NCBI GenBank assembly: GCA_963785235.1 | Contig: CAWAUM010000009.1 | Location: 340-64,339, forward strand | Source: an uncultured delta proteobacterium | GTDB taxonomy: Bacteria > Desulfobacterota > Desulfomonilia > UBA1062 | DNA: 64,000 bases | Direction: 5' to 3' | Part shown: one piece after another, positions 53,061 to 64,000 of the stretch | How the letters are laid out: each line of letters opens with the position of its first letter | Position numbering within the stretch: the stretch's first letter is position 1 | The notes under the pieces: model-generated | Databases searched by the model: none | What the model was told of the DNA's origin: nothing | The model's input: only the letters and a program-made list of their open reading frames with translations | Position numbers and translations under genes: made by a program

Positions 53061-53962
53061 CCCGGTTCATCCCTGCTATGAGCCTGACCTGGGCGATGAG
53101 GTTGGTAAGGTAGGCGCTGCGCTCCTGCATGATGACGCCCCGCTCGTCGTAATCCTTTCTCGCCATGGTCAAGGTGGCCTGCTCCATGTCGCCGTGGGCC
53201 TGGTCGAGGTAGGACTCGATGAGCGTGCGGAAGACATGGCGTGGCGTCGAGGGAGCTGCGGAGGAAGTCGGCTGCATCGTCATCCGTGAAGACCCAGCCG
53301 TGGCCCAGGCACAGGCACTGTGGCCGCAGTGATATGATCTTTTCCAGTGACGTGATGTAGTCGTCATAGGAGTTGAGGAAGCATGCCTGGATGCCGTCGC
53401 CTTCCCTGCCCTCGGGAACACCGGCTGCCTCGCCTGTGAAGATGGCCTTGATCTCGGGGAAATAGAAAGCGAGGGAATCCCTTGTGTGGCCCGGCACCTC
53501 GTAGACCCGGCAGGTGAGTCCGCCCAGGCCGATCTCGTCGCCGTCTTTCAGGACATGCTCGGTGGCCATGGGCGTGATGGTGACGTCCTCGTCACCGGTG
53601 ATGTCCTTGAAAAAACCGCGCTGGGCATCGCTCAGACGGTTCATCATGGCAATGACCGAATCTTTGTGCATGAGGGCGCTCACGCGCTCGTGCGCACCGA
53701 GGCCCAGGCCGGGTATCATGCGCTTCAGGTACGGGACCGCGCCCAGGTGGTCGTAGTGGGAATGGGTGACGAAGAGAAGGTCGAGCTTTTGCGAATCTCC
53801 CAGGATGGCATTGATATCCTTCATGTAGAGCGGGCCCATGAGGTTCATGCCTGCCTCGACCATGAGGCTCTTATCCCTGCCCTGCATCACATAGCCGGGA
53901 TAGTACGGGTTGCCTGCCACATGGATGTGGTCATTGATGCGTCCTGTTGCGAGCTGCTTCAT
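53035..53962 (-). CDS. MBL-fold metallo-hydrolase; one frame break as sequenced
   Basis: VTHSHYDHLG motif. RBS AGGAGA then MKQLATG. From ~53235 the C-terminus continues in the frame of ORF 53035..53421 (...PRHVFRTLIESYLDQAHGDMEQA...). Confidence 0.75.
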
Positions 53963-54036
53963 GGCGTTTACTCTCCTGGAGGAATTCTTATAGAGCAATC
54001 AATGTACTATTGAAATCAATTCATCGGAAGAACAGA

Positions 54037-54095
54037 GCCGAACGACACGCATCACCGGCGGCGTAAGCCGTCCGGTGGAGATGCGATGGTTGGCC
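54037..54095 (+). repeat. attC-like imperfect palindrome (left of the brnTA pair)
   Basis: GCCGAAC-GACACGCATCACCGGCGG...CCGTCCGGTGGAGATGCGATG-GTTGGCC. It is ~60% identical and equal in length to 54714-54774. The ends resemble RYYYAAC / GTTRRRY. Confidence 0.35.
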
Positions 54096-54096
54096 C

Positions 54097-54390
54097 TTAT
54101 TTTGTTGTTCCTTCAAACAACGTGCCGTTTATGAATTTGTGGATGATGCTTGATACATACGTCTGGTACGGAAGGCCTTCCTTAACCGCTTTTCTCTGTA
54201 GTTCAAGGAGGTCTCTTTCAGAAATCCGTATGTTTAGCCTCTTGTCCTTTCTTAAGGTGTTACGGGCGTACTCAACCAACTCTTTCTTTCTATTCGCAAG
54301 GTTTGTAACAGGAACCCATTCACCTTTCTCGAAGCTATCAAGTATTTCCTTTTCTTCTTTCGTTAGTTTAGTCTTCATGTTTTTCTCCAA
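54097..54390 (-). CDS. brnA: BrnA/CopG-like antitoxin
   Basis: LTKEEKEILDSFEKGEW...KRLNIRISERDLLELQRKAVKEGLPYQTYVSSIIHKF. Overlaps the upstream toxin gene. Confidence 0.65.
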   Translation of the reverse strand: MEKNMKTKLTKEEKEILDSFEKGEWVPVTNLANRKKELVEYARNTLRKDKRLNIRISERDLLELQRKAVKEGLPYQTYVSSIIHKFINGTLFEGTTK

Positions 54391-54652
54391 AATATCGTTG
54401 AGTTGCCTTCCTGCTCGGAATAATCGTTTTCAGAAATAACTCTTCCTCATTCTCAATATAGGGTACGAGATAGGCGTAATTGGCAACACCTATGACCATG
54501 ATTCGTTGTCCGGGGTATGCCTGCTGGTTGGGATGTAAATAATCGTCCAATATGTCACCCCTTTCAATATAGAAAACCACATCCTCGAAACAGATTCCCC
54601 GTGACGCTTTGAGAACCACACTCTTTTCTGTGTTCCAGTTTATGCTTTTCAT
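54368..54652 (-). CDS. brnT: BrnT-like (DUF497) ribonuclease toxin
   Basis: INWNTEKSVVLKASRGICFEDVV...LFLKTIIPSRKATQRY follows the W-D--K---L---RGI-FE ... I-SR-AT pattern of BrnT. Confidence 0.55.
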   Translation of the reverse strand: MKSINWNTEKSVVLKASRGICFEDVVFYIERGDILDDYLHPNQQAYPGQRIMVIGVANYAYLVPYIENEEELFLKTIIPSRKATQRYFGEKHED

Positions 54653-54713
54653 TTATAAAGATTATCACAATGTGTGCAGTTTGGCAACATACTCATATCC
54701 TATATCTGCTCAT

Positions 54714-54774
54714 GGCCAACGGCAAGGGTCAGCCGCGCGGCTCTGCCGCGTCGGCCTGGATGCCATGGTTAGGC
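54714..54774 (+). repeat. attC-like imperfect palindrome (right of the brnTA pair)
   Basis: GGCCAAC-GGCAAGGGTCAGCCGCGCGGC tctg CCGCGTCGGCCTGGATGCCATG-GTTAGGC. The right end is a perfect GTTRRRY, and the arms pair with bulged bases. Confidence 0.35.
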
Positions 54775-54837
54775 GATATTGATCTCCGTGATTTATTTTG
54801 CATCTGGTACCAAGTTTTTTAAAATAGATCCTTAATC

Positions 54838-55197
54838 TCAAATCGGTCCTTTATGAAGGAGCCAATTTTTTTCTTTAGTTGATCTAATTAACCTCAGTGT
54901 CGATAGTGATCTTTTGATTTCGGCCCGTATCTGCCTCTCATCTGTTAATTCAATAGTTGTCAGTTGCGAATCACAGAATTGTTCCCAGGTTTTCCTGGCT
55001 TCGATTCTTAGCTCTTTTTCCAATAGTGGGTCTGGATCTAAAGGGAATTCAGCTTTGTTAATGCGTAGCTTTTTTGTTTCCTCTGGATCTCCATACTCGA
55101 TCCTAATACGTTCTAGTAATGAAGTCCAAGCCCTTAGCCTTCTGCACTTGAAGCCGATGATCGCATTGAGGTCAGCGAACATAGAGTCATGAAACAA
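54838..55197 (-). CDS. hypothetical protein (possibly the C-terminal part of one gene with 55187..55525)
   Basis: ORF only. Charged and helical in appearance. It overlaps the upstream ORF by 11 nt in a different frame. Confidence 0.3.
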   Translation of the reverse strand: MFHDSMFADLNAIIGFKCRRLRAWTSLLERIRIEYGDPEETKKLRINKAEFPLDPDPLLEKELRIEARKTWEQFCDSQLTTIELTDERQIRAEIKRSLSTLRLIRSTKEKNWLLHKGPI

Positions 55198-55525
55198 ACA
55201 GATAATCCACCAGAATCCAGGAATGAGAGGATGTCTTCCGTTTTCCCCATGTATCCTCGGTCAACATCTCAGCAAGTCCAAGTGCGTCATTTTGTAGCTC
55301 ATCGATAGCAACTTGAAGCCTTGATGGAATGCGATGCTCATGAAGAATGCACTTCAGGCCACTGATGAATAGTTCACTGTGTTCTTCGAGTTTTAACAGG
55401 TTCCAATGCAATCGAACCAGCACTTCTCGTCCACAGCAGTTCCGGATAATGCGGATTGAGAATTGATTTCCTGCCACTATGTTACTAATATAGATAATAA
55501 TCATCTTTTGAGGAGGAGAATGCAT
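55187..55525 (-). CDS. hypothetical protein
   Basis: ORF only; no family recognised. Confidence 0.3.
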   Translation of the reverse strand: MHSPPQKMIIIYISNIVAGNQFSIRIIRNCCGREVLVRLHWNLLKLEEHSELFISGLKCILHEHRIPSRLQVAIDELQNDALGLAEMLTEDTWGKRKTSSHSWILVDYLFVS

Positions 55526-55991
55526 GGAACAGAAAAGGCTTGGAGATTATATCGATATCGCGATCCAGCGGGAGGAAGAGGCCTATGAATTCTACACGGG
55601 GCTCCTTTCGAATGTTACCGATGAAATTGCAAAGGATGCGTTGAAGCTCCTTGCAGGCGAGGAGAAGAAGCACAAGGCATTCCTTGTGAGTTACCGTGAC
55701 GGGGGGCTCGGGAAAGATGTGCTTCGCATGAACCACCCGGTTGATTATAAGGTTGCCGAGCATCTGGACAAACCGGATATCAACAAGGATATGAAATCCA
55801 AGGATGTCTTTCTGGTCGCCGCTTTCAGGGAGCTCAATTCCTACAACTTCTACAAAGGGATTGCCGATTTACACCCTGAAGGCGAGCTGAAGCAGGTCTT
55901 TCTTAAAATGGCCAGCGAAGAAATGAACCACAAGGAAAAGGTCGAGTACCTCTACTCGAACGCATCCTTTGCCCAGACGGACGGCGGATAA
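55524..55991 (+). CDS. ferritin-like / rubrerythrin-family protein
   Basis: Two E-x-x-H-type helices: REEEAYEFY...GEEKKHKAFL and RELNSYNFY...SEEMNHKEKV. Confidence 0.65.
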   Translation: MEQKRLGDYIDIAIQREEEAYEFYTGLLSNVTDEIAKDALKLLAGEEKKHKAFLVSYRDGGLGKDVLRMNHPVDYKVAEHLDKPDINKDMKSKDVFLVAAFRELNSYNFYKGIADLHPEGELKQVFLKMASEEMNHKEKVEYLYSNASFAQTDGG

Positions 55992-56033
55992 GCAGGACTG
56001 AGATTTTATTAAGCCGCGAGGATATACAGCACG

Positions 56034-57290
56034 ATGATTCACTGGAACACATTTCTCATAAGCTTCCTGACGCTGTTCGCCATAAGCCTGGTGGTGCGGT
56101 TCGGCCTTAAGAGGCTCAACCGGAAGCATCTCAGAGAATATGGCCATGTGGTGCCCAGGGTATTCAAAGACGAGATCGATCCGGCAACATTGACACGCAT
56201 GCGCGACTACACCGTGGCCATGAGCAACCTCGGCTCCATGGAGATGCTTGTGGATGACCTTGCCGGCCTTGCGATAATCTTAAGCGGGTTTCTGCCTTAT
56301 CTTGCAGGCACGCACCTTCTCTCGGGCCTTCATCCGGTGCCTGCAGGGATACTGTTCATGTTCGCCTGCTCGATTTTGCTTGGGGTCCTTAACATACCCT
56401 TTGATCTGTACAGCACCTTTGTAATCGAGCGCAAATTCGGGTTCAGCACCATCACGTTCAAACTCTGGCTCAAGGACCAGATGAAATCATTGCTGGTATC
56501 AGGCCTTCTCCTGGGTATCATCCTTGCCGTGTTCCTTGAGTTGCTCTACAAGCTTCCGGGCCTGTGGTGGCTGCCCGCGTGGGTGTGCTTCGTGTCCTTC
56601 CAGCTCCTTCTAACTTTGCTCTATCCGAAGGTGATCGCACCCATGTTCAACAAGTTCGAACCCATCGAAGATGAGGCCCTGAAAAAGGGCATAGACGAGC
56701 TCATGGAACAAGCAGGGTTCCACCTGAAAGGCCTGTTCAAGATGGATGCAAGTACACGCAGCAGGCATTCGAACGCCTATTTCACGGGCATCGGCAAGTT
56801 CAAGAGGATCGTGCTCTTCGATACCCTCATCAACACCCACACCAAAGAGGAGATAACGGCCGTCCTGGCCCATGAGCTCGGCCACCTCAAAAAGGGCCAC
56901 ATAAAAAAACAACTCGGCGCATCGATCGTTATCTCGTTTGTCGTGCTCTTTGTGATTGCAAAGCTCCTTGCCTGGCAGGGCCTGTACCTAACCTTCGGGT
57001 TTCAAGAAATCATCCCCTATGCAGGCCTTTTCCTCTTAACCATTATTGGAAAGCCCGTCATGTTCTTCCTGAGCCCCATCGGTGCCCTGGTCTCCAGGCG
57101 CTATGAGCGGCAGGCGGATGCCTATGCACGCACTCTGACCGGTTCAACTGTTCCCCTGGCACAGGCATTGAAACGTATTGCCAAAGATAACCTTGCAAAT
57201 CTCCATCCTCACCCGCTCTATGCGTGGTTCTACTACTCCCACCCACCCCTTGCCCAGCGTATCGAGGCCCTGGAGCGCTTACAGGATTAA
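56034..57290 (+). CDS. M48 family (Ste24/HtpX-like) zinc metallopeptidase
   Basis: Multi-TM N-terminal half, then VLAHELGHLKKGH (HExxH) and ERQADAYA. Confidence 0.8.
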   Translation: MIHWNTFLISFLTLFAISLVVRFGLKRLNRKHLREYGHVVPRVFKDEIDPATLTRMRDYTVAMSNLGSMEMLVDDLAGLAIILSGFLPYLAGTHLLSGLHPVPAGILFMFACSILLGVLNIPFDLYSTFVIERKFGFSTITFKLWLKDQMKSLLVSGLLLGIILAVFLELLYKLPGLWWLPAWVCFVSFQLLLTLLYPKVIAPMFNKFEPIEDEALKKGIDELMEQAGFHLKGLFKMDASTRSRHSNAYFTGIGKFKRIVLFDTLINTHTKEEITAVLAHELGHLKKGHIKKQLGASIVISFVVLFVIAKLLAWQGLYLTFGFQEIIPYAGLFLLTIIGKPVMFFLSPIGALVSRRYERQADAYARTLTGSTVPLAQALKRIAKDNLANLHPHPLYAWFYYSHPPLAQRIEALERLQD

Positions 57291-57527
57291 GCTGTGAAAA
57301 TGAGATTCTCCCAAAAAGTTTGTTCAGGGCCGGGAAGAAAAAACATGGGTGAAAAAGGGAGAAGATCTGATTAACAGTTTTAATCTCAAAGATATGGAGT
57401 GTTTCATCCGTATTGACAAGTTTCGGTTATTCGTGTCTACTTAGAGGAATGCGGAATTTAATACTCAGGAGATCGGTTCCTGGCACTTCAGGCCAATTTT
57501 GACCTGCTTGTTGAACAGAATCCATGA

Positions 57528-58563
<1,036 letters not shown>

Positions 58564-58596
58564 GGATAGAAAAATCTACATAAAGTAAACCATGCC

Positions 58597-58632
58597 ATCC
58601 GGGTGAGGGAAGCAATAATCCCTCATCCGGAT
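58597..58632 (+). terminator. hairpin downstream of gap
   Basis: ATCCGGGTGAGGGA agcaataa TCCCTCATCCGGAT (one mismatch), followed by TTTCATT. The T-run is short. Confidence 0.45.
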
Positions 58633-58674
58633 TTTCATTACATGCCCTGGAGCCAATTGCGAAAGCCCAAGATT

Positions 58675-58744
58675 GTCATACCTGCGAAAGCTTCGAATCC
58701 AGTCTTTTCAGAAACTTCTGGACCCCCGCTTTCGCGGGGGTGAC
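58675..58744. repeat. ~70-nt inverted-repeat element of the 'GTCAT.CC.GCGAAAGC...AATCCAG' type
   Basis: GTCATACCTGCGAAAGCTTCGAATCCAG - 15 nt - CTGGACCCCCGCTTTCGCGGGGGTGAC. The arms are imperfect reverse complements. The right arm contains the hairpin CCCCCGC-tttc-GCGGGGG, followed by a T7 run at 58748-58754. Confidence 0.6.
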
Positions 58745-58861
58745 ACCTTTTTTTAGTTTTGCAATTGCCTCCCTGTCTTTAAAAACCCATTTTGTCTTGA
58801 CTCGCATCCAAGGCATTCCCTATAGTTCCAGCGAATCTTTCAGGGGGGGGGTAATTGCTCA

Positions 58862-62062
<3,201 letters not shown>

Positions 62063-62077
62063 ACTGAATAAGGACTT

Positions 62078-62215
62078 GTTTTTAAAATAGGTCCGTTCAA
62101 AACCTTAAAGATCGCAGCCTTTGTGGAATGCTGATTGTAGCGGTCCTTCAAGGCTGCGATCTTTAAGGTTTTGAACGGATCAGGTTTTTACACTTTTTGA
62201 ACGCGAAATCCGGGG
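62078..62215 (-). repeat. hairpin-MITE family, half copy; loop in the minority orientation
   Basis: Hairpin 62090-62181 with box CCTTAAA/TTTAAGG. CTTGCAGCC is replaced by GATCGCAGCC, compensated by GGCTGCGATC. It then runs GGTTTTTACACTTTTTGAACGCGAAATCCGGGG. The CCATGG-containing arm is absent. Starts 16 nt after the carB stop. Confidence 0.8.
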
Positions 62216-62497
62216 TACTATAAAAAGCATTTGCACGTTGTTTTTTTAATTACCTGAGAGTATAAATGCCCTGTCTCCTGTGCAGAGTAACGGATTGACG
62301 GGGGCTAAGAGCTGAAAAAATCCGATGCAATGTGCCTGCATAATTGAATGTTCTGATATAGGGCATGAGCATTTATAATTTTTTTGTATTATGCACAGGA
62401 GACCATCCTTTCATACCTCACCTCCTTTTTTAATAGTATTGAATCGAAAACAAATAGCACATACAATGGATGCATTGACCTTAAAAAGGGCATTGAA

Positions 62498-63821
62498 ATG
62501 TCTTGGAATATGAGTCTTTTGAAAAACCTTGCATCATTGCGGCTTACTGTGGGGCTTCTGCTCTGGCTCGCCTTTCTGTGTATCCTCGGCACCATCATAC
62601 CCCAGCAGCCCTTTCCCTCTGCAGCCGGTGTGCCCTTTGCCATGCATGTCATCAGCTTGTTGAGCCTGAGAGATGTATTCCATTCACTGTGGTTCCTCAT
62701 CCCTGCGGCTGCGCTCTGTTTGAACGCACTTGCCTGCATGTACCTGTGGAGGAAGGCCTTTTGGCGGGTCAACTTCCATGCCCAAGGCCCTACTGTACGA
62801 GGTAACCATTCCCGGTGAAGGCGCTCAGGATCGGATCAGTGCGGATCTCACCAGCTTCATGAAAGGCACGCACAGGACTTGCCACAGCCAGGAGGGCCAC
62901 ACAGAGATTATCATGGGTGAAAAGGGGATGCCCCGTAAGTTTGCGCCGTTTATGGTGCACGGCAGCATCCTTCTCATCCTGCTTGGCGCAGGCCTGGGGT
63001 TTCTTGGTTACAAGGGGAGCCTTGAAGTCCCTGTGGGCCAGGCTTCGGACACGGTCACGCTGAGTAACGGAACAATCATGCACCTGCCTTTTCAGGTCCG
63101 TTGTGATGACTTCAAGATGGAGCTCTACGACAACGGCATGCCCAAGGAATACCGCTCAGAGATATCGTTCCTTCAAGGAGACAGGGTTGTTCGGCACGCA
63201 TCCGTCCTGGTCAATCACCCGGTGAGCTTCAGCCGTGTCCTGTTCTCGCAGAGCGGATACAACGCCAGTCCGGTTGCTGCAATACAGGTGAGCACCCCTG
63301 CAGGCAATGACCAGATAGATGCAGCCGAGGGTTCGGTCATTGAGTTGCATGACACCGGGTACAAGGCCCATGTGGTTAAGGTTGTGGAGGACATCATGCA
63401 TATGGGCCCCGGGGTCCAGCTCGTCATCGAGACACCCAAGGGCGAGCAGGAGGTATGGGTCTTCAAGCAGATGGAGAAGATCCTGGCCATGCATCCCGGG
63501 ATCATTGAAAAGATGCCCCAGTTCAATCCATCACTGGTTAAGCCTTATACCTTTTCCCTCAAGGACGTCACCCACAGCTATACGACGATACTCGGCATCA
63601 ATTACGACCCGGGTATCATCTTTGTGGGGCTCGGGTCCGTGCTCTTCATGGCAGGCATCTGCATTGCCTTCATGGTTGTCCATGAGAGGGTCTGGATCTC
63701 CCTGGAAAAGCTGCCCCAGGGGCTGACAATCAAGGTCGCACAGCGCAGCAATGGAAAACCGACTGCCGTCAGCCCGCGCTTTCTGGAACACCTCAACAGC
63801 CTTACCGGGGTGAAATCATGA
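62498..63821 (+). CDS. resB: cytochrome c biogenesis protein ResB/Ccs1 family; one frame break as sequenced
   Basis: LASLRLTVGLLLWLAFLCILGTIIPQ, then (from ~62760, the frame of ORF 62730..63821) ...FAPFMVHGSILLILLGA...PKEYRSEISF...VNHPVSF. Confidence 0.75.
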
Positions 63822-64000
63822 ACACCACGATCTTTGCAGCTGTAACCTTTGTCTATCTCGCTTCATTCGTCATTTTCCTCATTGCAGAGGTTGCTCTCCG
63901 TGCAGCATGGGGCCGTGCAGGAAAGATTCTTGCCATGGCAGGATTTGTCTTCCACACCTGTGGGATTGCCATCAGGTGGGTCGAGTCTCACCAGGCAGGC
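63818..64000 (+). CDS. ccsA: cytochrome c assembly protein CcsA/ResC family, 5' part only (runs off the window)
   Basis: The ATG overlaps the resB stop (ATGA). Hydrophobic MNTTIFAAVTFVYLASFVIFLIAE..., in the usual resB-ccsA order. Confidence 0.55.
   Translation, partial: MNTTIFAAVTFVYLASFVIFLIAEVALRAAWGRAGKILAMAGFVFHTCGIAIRWVESHQAG

Noticed and set aside
57414-57445. TTGACA-containing sigma-70-like promoter upstream of gap, and TGGCAC at 57481 as a sigma-54 element
   Set aside because: No acceptable -10 hexamer lies at 16-19 nt spacing, and the TGGCAC is not followed by TTGC at the right distance. The evidence is too weak to report.

Overview
This 64-kb chromosomal segment looks, from gene content only, like an anaerobic Desulfobacterota / deltaproteobacteria-type genome. 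Supporting genes are a GTP-dependent PEP carboxykinase, a glycyl-radical enzyme with its activase, 2-hydroxyacyl-CoA-dehydratase-type subunits, ResB/CcsA, a PEP-CTERM protein and a selenoprotein. I support about 68 protein genes and see no rRNA, tRNA or CRISPR array. Main blocks: 0-8.3 kb carries exported proteins plus a TonB-ExbBD-TonB-dependent-receptor cluster. 8.6-11.9 kb holds an IS remnant, a badly damaged dihaem exported protein carrying a T22(GT)8 tract, and about 1 kb of repeat-containing non-coding DNA. 11.9-13.9 kb is a selenium-handling trio (cysteine desulfurase-like, YedF, DUF3343). 20.1-21.3 kb is an ArsR operon with two HesB-like paralogues, one having in-frame UGA at the position of the conserved Cys (a selenoprotein split by the ORF track). 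24.8-29.9 kb carries a 4Fe-4S protein, a Crp/Fnr regulator, and a glycyl-radical enzyme with activase. Housekeeping genes are aroF-type DAHP synthase, pckG, gap, carB, arfB and resB/ccsA, and there are two type II toxin-antitoxin pairs. Two window-wide signals stand out. (1) A family of about 220-nt palindromic MITE-like elements, at least 10 copies plus related minimal hairpins, sits just after stop codons. A 7-bp box in its stem differs between copies but is always compensated on the other arm, and its 32-nt loop occurs in two orientations. (2) There are about 30 reading-frame breaks in 19 genes, including gap, pckG and resB. I cannot tell sequencing or assembly indels from true decay using sequence alone. 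All product calls come from motif and family recognition by eye, with no database search.
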